A stretch of 64,000 nt of DNA from Candidatus Obscuribacterales bacterium (GCA_965228855.1 CBDDIJ010000002.1:960001-1024000); one strand, 5' to 3'; positions 1 to 11,016 are shown, counted from the stretch's first letter. Numbers and translations: made by a program. Notes: generated by a model not told the origin, from the sequence alone.

Positions 1-758
1 TCGCCGCTACCGCCCAGGGCGATTTCGAGAGCCTTCAGCTTCGCTTCGGCCGGCTTGTAGTCGGTCGCGGCGAGGGCAGCCTCGGCGGCGGCGAAGTCGG
101 CTTTCAGGTGCGGATGCGACTCGGCGACCAAAAGACCGGCGTGCTTGTTCAGAACGCTGGCCCGGTCCCAGTCGGAGAACTTCTTGGAGAAGATCGCCGA
201 GAGTGCGTGCCGACCGTTGGAGAGTGCGGTGGCAGCGATTTTGTTGCGCTGGTCCTGGGTGAGACCGTCGGAGAGCGGTTTCTCGGTGACCGTCGCGGAC
301 GCCTTCAGGATCTCGGAAAGACCAGTCAGGAAGGCGTCGAGCGTCGGACCATCGGTGTGCTGGTAGACGGTGGTCGTGTGCGGAGCGACAGCGGCGGTGA
401 GCTCCCTGGCGAAACCGCCGATGACCAGCGCCTTGGCGATCGCATCTGCATCGTTCGCATCCCGAGCCAACTGGACGAGAAGCGCCGAGCTGCGTGCGAT
501 CACCTGGACGTTGGTGTCGAGCTTGCCGAACAGACCATTGCCACGCATGACGGCGCGACGGGTTTCCACGGTAGCCTTGATCAAAACGCCGGTCACGGCT
601 TCGGTGACCTTGGCGCGCAATTCGCTGTCCGTGGTCTTCGAAGCCGCCTGTACAGCCTGCTCGGCCCAGTTGCAAGCATTTCCGAGATCGCCGGACGACG
701 CGGCGGAAGAAGTAGAAGAAATCATCGTGGACAGGCTGTCCTTGATAGAATTGCTCAT
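1..758 (-). CDS. hypothetical alpha-helical protein, 3' end runs off the window (not in the ORF track)
   Basis: ATG at 758 preceded by CAGGAG RBS; open frame MSNSIKDSLSTMISS...KALEIALGGSG to window edge with GC3-rich codons. Confidence 0.75.
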   Translation of the reverse strand, partial: MSNSIKDSLSTMISSTSSAASSGDLGNACNWAEQAVQAASKTTDSELRAKVTEAVTGVLIKATVETRRAVMRGNGLFGKLDTNVQVIARSSALLVQLARDANDADAIAKALVIGGFARELTAAVAPHTTTVYQHTDGPTLDAFLTGLSEILKASATVTEKPLSDGLTQDQRNKIAATALSNGRHALSAIFSKKFSDWDRASVLNKHAGLLVAESHPHLKADFAAAEAALAATDYKPAEAKLKALEIALGGSG

Positions 759-1068
759 ATCAGTCTCCTGAGATGTGGTTTCGGTTCGCAGCACGGGGAG
801 TGCGCGGACGATTCGTGGGGGAGTGAGATAAGACGGGTTGAAGCGGTTTGAGGTCTGTAGGGAAGGGTGAGAAACGTTGTGACGGTAACAAACACCAGAT
901 CTCGATTCCTATAGTCATTAAGCTCACTAAGTACAAGTAATCTAAGCCAAGTTATCTCAGGAGCCCGGTTTGAACGGCCGACAGATGGCCGAAAGCACCG
1001 GCAGTGTTTGGTTCACCACCGATGCATTCGCGCGGATTGTGAGCGATTTCTTCGCTTGTGAAGCTGAG

Positions 1069-2319
1069 CTAGCCCTTCACGCAAACGATTTGACGCAGCT
1101 CATAAACAACGTCTACGAGGTCTTTCTGCGCTTCCATCACTTTGTCGATCGGTTTGTACGCGGACGGAGTTTCATCGATGACGTCTTTGTCTTTGCGGCA
1201 TTCGATGCCCTTTGTCGCCTTTACGTGGTCGTCGATAGTGAACCGACGTTTCGCTTCTTCTCGCGACATCGCCCGACCTGCGCCGTGCGAGCAGCTATGG
1301 AAGCTCTCGTGGTTTCCCTTGCCTCGCACGATGTACGATCTCGCGCCCATCGAACCGGGGATGATGCCCATGTCACCCTCTCTTGCACGCACGGCGCCTT
1401 TTCGAGTGACAAAAACATTCTCGCCGTAATGCTGCTCAATGGAGACGTAGTTGTGGTGGCAGTTTATAACCTCCAGACCGACTTCGAATTCCGGCAAGCC
1501 GCATCGTCTTGCCGCTTCGATCACGGCGTCCAGCATTAATTTGCGATTGGTCATCGCAAAATCTTGAGCCCAGTGGACGGCTTCCACGTATTCATCGAAG
1601 TGCTCGGTGCCTTCCGGCAGATAGGCAAGGTTTTGGTCCTTCAGGTTGATAAACCACTTTTGCATATCCTTCTTCGCCATCTCGATGAAGTAAGTGCCGA
1701 TGCGGTTTCCCACGCCTCGTGAGCCGGAATGCAGCATGAACCAAACGCGATTTTCACTGTCCAGGCAGACTTCGATGAAGTGGTTGCCTGTTCCGAGTGT
1801 CGACAAATGATTGACGTGGTTGCCGCGGTCCAGCTTGGGATGGCGTGCCAAAATTCGGTCGTAACCTGCTTTCAGTTTTGCCCATTCGGCTTCGACCGGT
1901 CTCGGTGCGTCCCGCCAGGCGCCGCGATCGCCAGGTCCGCCATTGTTTGTTCGACCGTGCGGAACGGCCGCTTCGATTTTTGCTCGCAGTTTGCCCAGGT
2001 CATCCGGCAGTTGATCAGCCTTAAGACTGGTTCTAACCGCGACCATGCCGCAACCGATGTCGACGCCCACAGCCGCCGGAATGATTGCTTTCTTTGTCGC
2101 TATGACACTGCCGACGGTGGCGCCCATGCCCCAGTGTACATCCGGCATCGCCGCTATCCACTTGTACACGAACGGCATGACGGCTATGTTTGCCAGCTGT
2201 TGCGCAGCCGGATCTTCCAACGCGACTCCGCGAGTCCACAGTTTGACGGGCACGCCGCCTTTAGTGCTCAAAACGTTGTAGTTCCGGTCTTTCGCTTCGT
2301 TTACTGTGTACTCCGCCAT
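1069..2319 (-). CDS. rtcB: RtcB family RNA ligase
   Basis: MPDVHWG, VGVDIGCGM, GTGNHFIE, LHSGSRG, CHHNY, PGSMG, HGAGR motifs; GAGGAGG RBS before MAEYTV (2319). Confidence 0.95.
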   Translation of the reverse strand: MAEYTVNEAKDRNYNVLSTKGGVPVKLWTRGVALEDPAAQQLANIAVMPFVYKWIAAMPDVHWGMGATVGSVIATKKAIIPAAVGVDIGCGMVAVRTSLKADQLPDDLGKLRAKIEAAVPHGRTNNGGPGDRGAWRDAPRPVEAEWAKLKAGYDRILARHPKLDRGNHVNHLSTLGTGNHFIEVCLDSENRVWFMLHSGSRGVGNRIGTYFIEMAKKDMQKWFINLKDQNLAYLPEGTEHFDEYVEAVHWAQDFAMTNRKLMLDAVIEAARRCGLPEFEVGLEVINCHHNYVSIEQHYGENVFVTRKGAVRAREGDMGIIPGSMGARSYIVRGKGNHESFHSCSHGAGRAMSREEAKRRFTIDDHVKATKGIECRKDKDVIDETPSAYKPIDKVMEAQKDLVDVVYELRQIVCVKG

Positions 2320-2481
2320 GATTCCTCCTCGAGGCATTAGTTCGAGCGCCAGGCCAGGCATTCGGTTCGCACAGAAGCCCTTTATCGACTTGCACTGTTT
2401 ATTTCATGCGAACAGACGCTCGTTGCACAATCTGAGTAAACCACAACGACAACAGTTATCTATGTTTGTTTACCGAACTCT

Positions 2482-3879
2482 CTAGCTCTGGAAACCAAAC
2501 AGCCGCAATGCCGCTGCCAGCGGCTTGTCGCGATACACAGCCGTGTCATCCGGAGATTCAGTAACCGCGATGTCTGGTTCGATTCCCTCGCCACTCGCGT
2601 GCGTGCCTTCGTACCCGTTTTTCCCTCTGCCAAGAAAGCGCCCGCCTGGCGTGAGGTAGTGAACGCACGTCACCGTGAGCACCGTTCCATTCGCTATCGG
2701 AATCCCGGCTTGAGCAACTCCTTTCCCGAACGAGCGAGAACCGATTGTCACTCCGCGGTTGTTGTCGGTGAGCGCCGCTGCGAGCATCTCGGATGCGCTG
2801 GCGCTATCTTCGTTTATCAAAATAGCCAGAGGACGTTTGCCTGCGATCGGTCGCAAGCGTGGCAGCTCCTTGCGTTCCACAACGGCGCCTTCGGCATTCG
2901 TTTTCTTTAACTCAATGCAGTCTGCGCGAGCAATGTACGAGTTCATCGTATGACCGCCGCCAACTTCTCTGACTTTGAGCGTCACAAGCGGACCTTCGTC
3001 GATAAACGCCGTCGCCAGTTTTAAACATTCGTCGACGCTGCCGCCTGGATTGTTTCTCAAGTCGATGACGATAGCCTGGCGGTGAGCGGTTCTCTTGAGC
3101 AAAGCCATTGCTCGGTCTGCGGTGTTTTTCTTCATGAAGTTGCGAATGACGATATGAGCAACGCGTCTGTCGGATGGCTTCAGCTCTACGTCTTTGCGGA
3201 TAACTGTCAGCGGTTTAAGCACAAGCGAAAGTTTTGAGTCGCCACGTTCAACCACCACCGATGTCGGCTGGTTTTCTCTCTTTCCGACGATTTCGCGAAG
3301 TTTCTCAACCGTCAGGTCGGAGCCCTTATGACCGTCGATGCTCAGAATTTTGTCGCCCTGCCTCAGCCCTGCTTTCAGAGCGGGTCCGTCCGGCATCAGC
3401 CCCTTCACTGCAAGAAACCGTTTGCCGTTGAATGCCGATTTAACCTGCTCCAGAAATACTCCTAAGCCAACGAATTTCTCGTTCTGTAGACGAGCAATCC
3501 TGTCCAGCTCGTCCTTGCTGTGGAGCGCTGTGTACGGGTCTCCCAGCGTCTTCAGCATTTTGTTGGCGTAAAGAACGGCATCGGCGTCCGTTTTGATCTT
3601 GTTGTCAAAACAATGTTCAAACCGCGTCCATTCTCGCAACTGTTCCTTATCAAAAAAATTGTCGCGCGCGGTCTGCCAGGTCCTGTGATAAACCTCTACC
3701 GGACTCGCGTACATCAAGTTGTACCAGAACCAGCCGATATAGCCGGCTGCTACTACCAGCGATACCATCATGGCCGTGAAGACTTTCCTGGAGTCGAAGT
3801 TTCGCTTGAACAGCGGTTTACTTGAACCGCTCATGTCGATGTACGAAGTCTCGGTCATTTCTTCGCTCCTGCCGCTCAT
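2482..3879 (-). CDS. S41 family C-terminal processing protease with PDZ domain
   Basis: N-terminal TM, LGDPYT, PDZ (GPALKAGLRQGD), DLRNNPGG, SASASE, FGKG motifs. Confidence 0.9.
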   Translation of the reverse strand: MSGRSEEMTETSYIDMSGSSKPLFKRNFDSRKVFTAMMVSLVVAAGYIGWFWYNLMYASPVEVYHRTWQTARDNFFDKEQLREWTRFEHCFDNKIKTDADAVLYANKMLKTLGDPYTALHSKDELDRIARLQNEKFVGLGVFLEQVKSAFNGKRFLAVKGLMPDGPALKAGLRQGDKILSIDGHKGSDLTVEKLREIVGKRENQPTSVVVERGDSKLSLVLKPLTVIRKDVELKPSDRRVAHIVIRNFMKKNTADRAMALLKRTAHRQAIVIDLRNNPGGSVDECLKLATAFIDEGPLVTLKVREVGGGHTMNSYIARADCIELKKTNAEGAVVERKELPRLRPIAGKRPLAILINEDSASASEMLAAALTDNNRGVTIGSRSFGKGVAQAGIPIANGTVLTVTCVHYLTPGGRFLGRGKNGYEGTHASGEGIEPDIAVTESPDDTAVYRDKPLAAALRLFGFQS

Positions 3880-3988
3880 TAACTATCTAGCTCGAACGGC
3901 TGTTCGAGAAGAAGTGACTTAAGTCATGTTGTTGAAAACGTGAGTCACTTATTAGCTTTTATGCAAAACAGGAGAAGGATTCTTCGTC

Positions 3989-5119
3989 TTATGCGATTGG
4001 CTCGTTAAGCCTTATTACCCACTTAGCGACGCTAGCGAGGTAGCTGGACTTTGTTAGCGCTAACTTCTGCGAGCACGGGAAAAGCAGCTCGAAGCCTTTG
4101 ATTCGCTCCGTAAGTGCTTGCTCTGCGGAGGTGACGGCGTGGAAATTCGGGTCGCCTATGTCTTTGGGATTCCAGAAGACATCAGGCTTAAACCCATATG
4201 CGAGCGTTTCCATATCGATGCGCATCGGTTTATTGGAAAACTTGTCGAGGCTCTTTTCGTAAGTCTCCAACAGCGTTTCCAGTTTAGCCGCTACTATCAT
4301 GGGTATGCATGTTGGATCGAGCAAAGCTCTCGCTTCATGCCCCTCGCCTGTGTGCCCGCGGGTCGAAAAGTAATAAGACAGCTGGGTGAGTTCCTCTCGC
4401 GCCCTCTTGCCGCCGATCAGACCCTGTTCAAGGTCGTGAACGGACTTTGGTGTCATTTGAGCGTATCCCAACGGTTCTAGACTTTGCGCGCCGATCTCTT
4501 TTTCCCTCGCCTCCGCGTCGCGCTTTATGAGTTTTGGCGAATAATTATGAATTTCGTTCAGAACCAGCGCCTTCATGAGCACGGAGGCGTCCTTGAGAGA
4601 CAGACCTTCGCGCATTCTCGGATAAGACAGGTACGCGTTCTTCCAGACCTTTGAACTGGCCTGCGCACACTTTGACAGATGGGAAAATTCAATGCCTCTG
4701 TACGGAAAGTTCTCCTTGTCCGCGCGCCTGGTGGCCGGTCGAGGAGTCGAGCCGCACGCGCCATCTTCGTTTACTTCCGACTCCGAGAACGCTGCCGAAT
4801 GCTCCTGCGCCTCCTGCTGCCACTCGCGAAACTTCCTTTCCATGTACTCGTTGGAGTGGTCCAGCTGAAGCGCGTCACGCAGCTCCGCTGGCAAGTCGGA
4901 GCTGTTTATCGCCTGAAGACCTTCAGCGTAAGAGGGGCGCAGGTCGTGCTTGATGCGTTTTCTCTTTTCGTCGCCGGGTCTGCGAGCTTTGTCGTTGGCT
5001 GGTTCTGCGCTGTTTTCTTCGGTCATTTTCGGATAGCGTTTTCCACTGACGAGGCTATTATTCCCGGTCTTTCGGAAACCGCCGAGCTTGATATTGTCAA
5101 GCGCGACGAGTGTTTCCAA
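3989..5119 (-). CDS. hypothetical protein (start uncertain, possibly MTEENS near 5026)
   Basis: 376-aa ORF filling the gap between genes; no recognisable motif. Confidence 0.6.
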   Translation of the reverse strand: METLVALDNIKLGGFRKTGNNSLVSGKRYPKMTEENSAEPANDKARRPGDEKRKRIKHDLRPSYAEGLQAINSSDLPAELRDALQLDHSNEYMERKFREWQQEAQEHSAAFSESEVNEDGACGSTPRPATRRADKENFPYRGIEFSHLSKCAQASSKVWKNAYLSYPRMREGLSLKDASVLMKALVLNEIHNYSPKLIKRDAEAREKEIGAQSLEPLGYAQMTPKSVHDLEQGLIGGKRAREELTQLSYYFSTRGHTGEGHEARALLDPTCIPMIVAAKLETLLETYEKSLDKFSNKPMRIDMETLAYGFKPDVFWNPKDIGDPNFHAVTSAEQALTERIKGFELLFPCSQKLALTKSSYLASVAKWVIRLNEPIA

Positions 5120-5269
5120 TACCTAAAAAGTACGTCTATTCATTACGAGCAGGCACCGATTGCGATAAACTCTTGTGCTGTGCAAATATGAGCCTCGTTC
5201 CCTCAAGGATGAAAGGCTTATTGCGGCGCCTGCCGTAACGCATCACTCCTGCACCACGAGGAACTGGCA

Positions 5270-5452
5270 ATGTTGAAATCCGACGCAGAAAGAGCGATCA
5301 GAAAAGCAATCGAAGAAAACGAAGCTGAATTCACCGAAGAGCAAATCAAGGCTTTGAGCGCCATGATTCTCAAAATTTCGTCGACCATCGTCGAAGAAGC
5401 GTTCGCGAGCTGGAAGCCTGGTTCTGGCGGCAGACCGCAATTCTTTGCGTAG
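5270..5452 (+). CDS. small hypothetical protein
   Basis: GAGGA RBS; helical 60-aa product; stop 6 nt before the next ATG. Confidence 0.65.
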   Translation: MLKSDAERAIRKAIEENEAEFTEEQIKALSAMILKISSTIVEEAFASWKPGSGGRPQFFA

Positions 5453-5458
5453 AGCGCC

Positions 5459-6646
5459 ATGACTACTCAAGCGACAATGCTCGATAGCGCACGAAAGCTG
5501 CAAAAGGAAATCGTCGAAATTCGGCGCCATATTCACGAGCATCCAGAGCTCAGTTTTTTGGAAACCGAAACCGCTAAACTCGCCGCCGCCAGGCTTCAGG
5601 ACATGGGCTACAAGGTTCGCGAGCGGGTTGGTAAAACGGGTGTGACGGCAGATTTCGGCAATGGAACCATGATTGCCATCCGTGCAGACATGGATGGGTT
5701 GCCGATCGAGGAGACAAATGCTGTTGGTTACCGCTCGAAGAACGTCGGCGTGATGCATGCCTGCGGGCATGATGCACACGTCAGTTGCGCGTTGGCCGCT
5801 GCGAAGATCTTGAGCGCGGAAAAACTCAACGGCTCGATTCGCATGCTAATGCAGCCTGCAGAAGAGTATGGCGATGAGGAAGGCGTCTCCGGCGCTGTGC
5901 GCATGATGGAAGACGGCGCGCTCGAGGGCGTCACCGCCTGTATCGGGCAGCATATCGATGCCAGTCTTCCAGCAGGAAAGGTCGGAATTTTGCACGGTCC
6001 GGTAATGGCCGCCGTCGATGGATTCTCGCTGGTGATCAAGGGCAAGGGCGGACACGGTGCGTATCCGGAAACATGTGTCGATCCAATTGTAATAGCATCG
6101 CAGGTGGTGCAAGCAATTCAGCAGGTCGTGTCGCGACGCGTTTCCGCGTTGGATCCTGCTGTGATTACAGTCGGCGCATTTCACAGTTCCAGCACTAGAG
6201 GTAACGTTATCTCCGAAGACGTTCGCATTGAAGGGACGATCAGGAGTTTCAACGAGGATGTGCGGGCGCATTTGAAGGTGGAACTCGAGCGCGCCTGCCG
6301 GGTGGCCTGCGCACTGGGCGGCGACTATGTTTTGAAATACGAGCAGGGTTATCCGGCAACCGTTAATGACTCTGAAATCGTTGATGTGATGCGAGCCGCA
6401 GCGATCGACCTGATCGGCGCTGACAATGTCGTCGACATAAGACCTAAAACCTGGAGCGAAGACTTCGCGTTTTTCGGCGAGAAGGTTCCAAGCGCATTCA
6501 TGTTTCTCGGTGCCGAGATAGCAGGCGATAGGCGCAGCCACCATAGTCCGACGTTCGATATAGATGAATCCGGACTATATGTTGGAACGGCGATTTTGGC
6601 TGAAACAGCCAAGCGCTTGATTCATCACTTCGACGCTAAGAAGTAG
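5459..6646 (+). CDS. M20D family amidohydrolase
   Basis: HEHPELSFLE, RADMDGLP, MHACGHDAH, QPAEE, GKGGHGA, SEDF, HHSPTF motifs. Confidence 0.9.
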   Translation: MTTQATMLDSARKLQKEIVEIRRHIHEHPELSFLETETAKLAAARLQDMGYKVRERVGKTGVTADFGNGTMIAIRADMDGLPIEETNAVGYRSKNVGVMHACGHDAHVSCALAAAKILSAEKLNGSIRMLMQPAEEYGDEEGVSGAVRMMEDGALEGVTACIGQHIDASLPAGKVGILHGPVMAAVDGFSLVIKGKGGHGAYPETCVDPIVIASQVVQAIQQVVSRRVSALDPAVITVGAFHSSSTRGNVISEDVRIEGTIRSFNEDVRAHLKVELERACRVACALGGDYVLKYEQGYPATVNDSEIVDVMRAAAIDLIGADNVVDIRPKTWSEDFAFFGEKVPSAFMFLGAEIAGDRRSHHSPTFDIDESGLYVGTAILAETAKRLIHHFDAKK

Positions 6647-6662
6647 AGACGAAAGGAATTTT

Positions 6663-7859
6663 GTGAATAGAAACCTTGATAGGTGCCAGCCTTATCCGTT
6701 CGAAAAGCTTGCTGAACTGCTGGCTGATACCCGTCCTGATGAAACTAAGTCGCCTATCAAGTGGTCCATTGGTGAGCCCGCTCATGCCTCGCCCGAGTTC
6801 GTGAAAGAGGCTTTGAGAAACAGTCTCGACGGTTTGAGCAAGTATCCGGTGACCATTGGTTCTCCTGAATTGCGGACGGCGATCGCAAACTGGTTGACGA
6901 CCAGATTCGCTCTGCCGGCTGGTTCTCTGGACCCGGAGAAAAACGTTTTGCCGGTCTCCGGCACGCGCGAAGCGCTGTTTTCATTTGCTCAGAGCGTAGT
7001 GAACGCCGCAGCTGATGCGCTGATTCTTATGCCCAATCCGTTCTATCAAATCTACGAAGGTGCTGCGTTTCTCGCCGACTGCGATCCGTTCTTCTTAAAC
7101 CTTACTGCTGAAAACGGCTTCCAGCCCAATTTTAAGGCTGTCGACCCGTCTGTCTGGATGCGCTGCCAGCTGCTCTATGTGTGCTCACCGTCTAATCCGA
7201 CCGGCGCTTGTCTGAGCATGGAAAAGTGGCATGAGCTCCTGGCAATAGCTGAGAAGCATGATTTCGTCATTGCTTCTGATGAGTGTTATTCCGAGATTTA
7301 TTTCGATGAGACTAAACCACCCGTGGGCTTGTTGGAAGCCGCCAACGACTATGGGCTCAGTGACTTCAAGGGATGTGTAGTGTTTCACAGTCTGTCGAAA
7401 CGCTCGAATTTGCCTGGTTTGCGTTCAGGTTTTGTTGCCGGCGACGCGAAGATCCTCGACAAATATCGCCTCTACCGCACTTATCACGGTTGCGCGTTGC
7501 CGCCGCCGACCCAGGTTGCGAGCACCGTGGCCTGGCAAGATGAAGAGCACGTCAAAGAAAATCGGAAGTTATACCGAGCGAAATTTGACGCCGTTCTCGA
7601 TATCTTGCAACCGGTCATGGATGTTCAAAAGCCGCAGGCCGGGTTTTACCTCTGGCCGCATGTGCCGATTGACGATAAACTTTTCGCCAGGCGTTTATAC
7701 GCTGAAGAAAACCTTGTTGTACTGCCGGGCTCGTATATCTCTCGTGTTAATGAGGGTGTTGACCCCGGTGCTCAAAGGGTGCGAATGGCGCTTGTTGCAC
7801 CGTTTGACGAGTGTGTCGAGGGCGCCAAGCGTATGGCGAGTTTGATGAAGCGTTTGTAG
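6663..7859 (+). CDS. dapC: succinyldiaminopimelate transaminase
   Basis: QPYPFEKL, PNPFYQIYEGAA, SDECYSEIY, SLSKRSNLPGLRSGF; adjacent to dapD and dapE. Confidence 0.92.
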   Translation: MNRNLDRCQPYPFEKLAELLADTRPDETKSPIKWSIGEPAHASPEFVKEALRNSLDGLSKYPVTIGSPELRTAIANWLTTRFALPAGSLDPEKNVLPVSGTREALFSFAQSVVNAAADALILMPNPFYQIYEGAAFLADCDPFFLNLTAENGFQPNFKAVDPSVWMRCQLLYVCSPSNPTGACLSMEKWHELLAIAEKHDFVIASDECYSEIYFDETKPPVGLLEAANDYGLSDFKGCVVFHSLSKRSNLPGLRSGFVAGDAKILDKYRLYRTYHGCALPPPTQVASTVAWQDEEHVKENRKLYRAKFDAVLDILQPVMDVQKPQAGFYLWPHVPIDDKLFARRLYAEENLVVLPGSYISRVNEGVDPGAQRVRMALVAPFDECVEGAKRMASLMKRL

Positions 7860-7945
7860 ATTCTTTAGTTGAAATGGAAGAACGAATGCAGGTTTGAAAC
7901 GAAAGGCCTTGAGCCGGTTTAAGCGAACAAGACTGAGGAGAAACC

Positions 7946-8767
7946 ATGTCCGACATACAATCAATCATCGAGGAAGCTTTTGAGAACCGTGCTGATATCA
8001 AGCCGGGAACTGCTGACCGTAAAGTGCAAGAGGCTGTTGCCGAGGCTCTGGACCTGCTTGATGGCGGCAAGGCAAGAGTCGCCGAAAAAATCGATGGTCA
8101 GTGGCGGGTGAATGAGTGGTTGAAGAAGGCGGTTTTATTGTCGTTCCGCCTGGAAGATAATACGATCATGCCGGGCGGCTATACTTCCTACTGGGACAAG
8201 GTGCCAAGCAAGTTTGCTGGATACACGGAACGCGATTTTAAGGCGGGCGGCTTTCGAATTGTGCCACCGGCAGCGGTGCGTCGTGGTTCCTTTATCGCAT
8301 CGGACGTTGTGGTGATGCCGTCGTTCATCAACATCGGCGCGTATGTCGATAGCGGCACCATGGTTGACACCTGGGCGACCGTCGGCAGTTGCGCGCAGAT
8401 AGGGAAGAACGTGCACTTGTCTGGTGGTGCCGGTATCGGCGGGGTGCTGGAACCATTGCAAGCCAGTCCGACGATCATCGAGGACAACTGCTTCATTGGC
8501 GCCCGTTCGGAAGTCGTCGAAGGCGTAGTCGTCGAAGAAGGCTCCGTGATTTCAATGGGCGTCTTCCTGGGGCAGAGCACGCGGATCTTCAATCGCGAAA
8601 CCGGCGAAGTCACTTATGGACGAATTCCAGCAGGTTCCGTCGTGGTATCGGGCAGTTTGCCGAGTTCCGATGGTTCGTGCAGCCTCTATTGCGCGGTTAT
8701 TGTGAAACAGGTCGACGCGAAGACGCGCAGCAAGGTTAGTTTAAACGAACTGCTGCGAACGCCTTAG
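7946..8767 (+). CDS. dapD: tetrahydrodipicolinate N-succinyltransferase
   Basis: [11 protein letters not shown], hexapeptide repeats, [29 protein letters not shown]. Confidence 0.97.
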   Translation: MSDIQSIIEEAFENRADIKPGTADRKVQEAVAEALDLLDGGKARVAEKIDGQWRVNEWLKKAVLLSFRLEDNTIMPGGYTSYWDKVPSKFAGYTERDFKAGGFRIVPPAAVRRGSFIASDVVVMPSFINIGAYVDSGTMVDTWATVGSCAQIGKNVHLSGGAGIGGVLEPLQASPTIIEDNCFIGARSEVVEGVVVEEGSVISMGVFLGQSTRIFNRETGEVTYGRIPAGSVVVSGSLPSSDGSCSLYCAVIVKQVDAKTRSKVSLNELLRTP

Positions 8768-8876
8768 TTGAAACTATTACTGGGTAGCTGGAAGTGCAGC
8801 TGTTTTCATGCGAATGCCTGAGCTTGGAACCAGCACCTGATCAACTGGAAGCGCATCTGTTTTCAAAAGGAAAAGT

Positions 8877-10004
8877 ATGTCTGAAACTCTGGACCTGACG
8901 ATTGAGCTCGTGAAACGACCGTCGATAAGTCCCGATGACGCGGGCTGTCAGGACATTATCATCGCCAGGCTCGAGAAGCTTGGCTTCAAGATCGAGCGGT
9001 TGAATTACGGTAAGACGTCTAATCTGTGGGCGACTCATGGAGAAGGCGCGCCGATTTTCGCCTTTGTGGGGCACACGGATGTTGTGCCGACTGGGCCTTT
9101 GGAACAATGGACATCGCCTCCGTTTGAGCCGGAAATCCGCGACGGCATTTTGTATGGCAGGGGAGTCGCCGATATGAAGTGCGGAGTGGCTGCTTTCGTG
9201 ACCGCTGTTGAACGTTTTCTGCGCGCAGAGGGTTCGCATAAGGGGACGCTTGCGTTACTGCTCACAAGCGACGAGGAAGCCGATGCCAGTGACGGGACGA
9301 TCAAGGTCGTCGAGCACCTTACTTCAAAAGGGATCAAAATCGATTACTGTCTCGTCGGAGAGCCCAGCTCATCTGACACCATTGGCGATACTATTAAAAG
9401 CGGCCGGCGCGGCTCGCTCCACTGTTTGTTAAAGATCAAAGGGCAGCAGGGTCACGTAGCCTATCCGGAGAAGGCGCTCAATCCTGTCCATAAAGCCCTG
9501 GCTGCTTTGAACGAACTCGCTTCCAAAGAGTGGGACAACGGGAATAAATACTTCCCTCCGACGTCATTTCAGATTTCGAATATCCACGCTGGAACCGGCG
9601 CTGACAACGTCATTCCGGGCGAATTGGACGTAGTCTCGAACTTCCGTTTTTCAACCGAGCAAACAGCGGAGGGTCTGCAAGCGGCGACAGAAGCTATTCT
9701 TGATAAATACGATTTAGAATACGATGCAAAATTCAGATTATCCGGCCATCCGTTCCTGACAGATGGAGGGAAACTTCTGGATGCCGTTGTTAGCAGCATC
9801 AGAGAAACTGTTGGAATTGAAACAACATTGTCCACAGCTGGAGGTACATCGGACGGGCGTCTCGTGGCGCCAACCGGCGCGGAAGTTATTGAACTTGGTG
9901 TAATTAACGCTTCGATACACAAAATCAATGAACATGCAGATGTACGCCAGATGGACATATTGAGCGATATGTTCGAATTGATTACGCGAAAAATGCTGCG
10001 TTAG
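8877..10004 (+). CDS. dapE: succinyl-diaminopimelate desuccinylase
   Basis: GHTDVVP, GRGVADMK, SDEE, GRRGS, GHVAYP, GGTSDG, IHKINE motifs. Confidence 0.96.
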   Translation: MSETLDLTIELVKRPSISPDDAGCQDIIIARLEKLGFKIERLNYGKTSNLWATHGEGAPIFAFVGHTDVVPTGPLEQWTSPPFEPEIRDGILYGRGVADMKCGVAAFVTAVERFLRAEGSHKGTLALLLTSDEEADASDGTIKVVEHLTSKGIKIDYCLVGEPSSSDTIGDTIKSGRRGSLHCLLKIKGQQGHVAYPEKALNPVHKALAALNELASKEWDNGNKYFPPTSFQISNIHAGTGADNVIPGELDVVSNFRFSTEQTAEGLQAATEAILDKYDLEYDAKFRLSGHPFLTDGGKLLDAVVSSIRETVGIETTLSTAGGTSDGRLVAPTGAEVIELGVINASIHKINEHADVRQMDILSDMFELITRKMLR

Positions 10005-10677
10005 CGCTAACACGAAAAGCTAGCGCGAACCCCCCGGATCGTTCATTGGAAAGCGCCCGCGGCATCGATTCTGTTTGAATTTTCACGATTGTGTATTTTA
10101 TCGTGCATACTTTTCCGGACCCAATATCAGTGAAACGGTCTGTTCGCGCCAGTTGCGTAACGTCAAGTCTTTGTTAGAACCAGGGTCGGATAATGTTTTT
10201 TTTGCGTGTGATTAGTTAACGCATGGCTGAAAAGGTCGATAGGGTGAGTCGTTTGCGGTTTACTCAATAAAAGTATTAATGCGCGCTAACTTCGCGCTAG
10301 TCGCTGCTTTGCCTTAACAAATGGGCGTCTCCGCTTGGTTCCTATATAGACGATTGGAGATAGTAACTGCGTTTCTTCCCAACTCACTTTTCATCGGCAA
10401 TCCCGCAAACGTACCAATAGGAAGCCCCAACAACCGAATTCACCTGAAGAGCTTGCTCTCCCGACTTGCACCGCAACGCCGAGCACTCCCGTTCCAGCTG
10501 TTCACGCGGACGCCGAGCGCACTCGTTTCTTAACACCGCTAGGCTGTGCGCCATCGTTCGATCTGCCCGAGTCGACGCCGAGCGCACTCCCGTTGTGTCC
10601 CGCTTTAGCCAGAGTCCATGTGCCGCAAGCCATGGCGTCTGAATACTCTCAACCGCCGAAAACCTAGGAGGTCGCCA

Positions 10678-11016
10678 ATGACCACGCTTGCACAATCCAA
10701 GATTATTCGCGAGTACCCTCTGCCCTGTGGTCCGGAAGTGGTCTGCTATGACTTCACCGGCAGCTGGCAAGTACTCCGCGTCGAGGCTCGCTTCGCGAAG
10801 CCGAACCTCTACGTGCTCGAAGACGCCGTCGGTCCGAGGACGTCCGTCGAATTCGCTGTCGTCAACACCAATGCGCCGTTCGACGGTGAAACGGTGCTCG
10901 CCGACGGCAACACTTACCTGGGTTCGTACCTCGTTCACGTGCCCACGAACGTTCTGCACGTTTTCGGTCCGACCAGCGCGCAGCACCTGAAGAGCGAAGG
11001 CGCCAGCCAGACCTGA
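10678..11016 (+). CDS. small hypothetical protein resembling phage-type beta-rich small proteins
   Basis: AGGAGG RBS before ATG at 10678; YLGS...VLHVF C-terminal pattern; GC3-rich codons. Confidence 0.7.
   Translation: MTTLAQSKIIREYPLPCGPEVVCYDFTGSWQVLRVEARFAKPNLYVLEDAVGPRTSVEFAVVNTNAPFDGETVLADGNTYLGSYLVHVPTNVLHVFGPTSAQHLKSEGASQT

Noticed and set aside
2320..2480. Sigma54 promoter or rtcA/rtcR context for rtcB
   Set aside because: No TGGC-N8-TTGC element seen on the coding strand and no rtcA or rtcR adjacent
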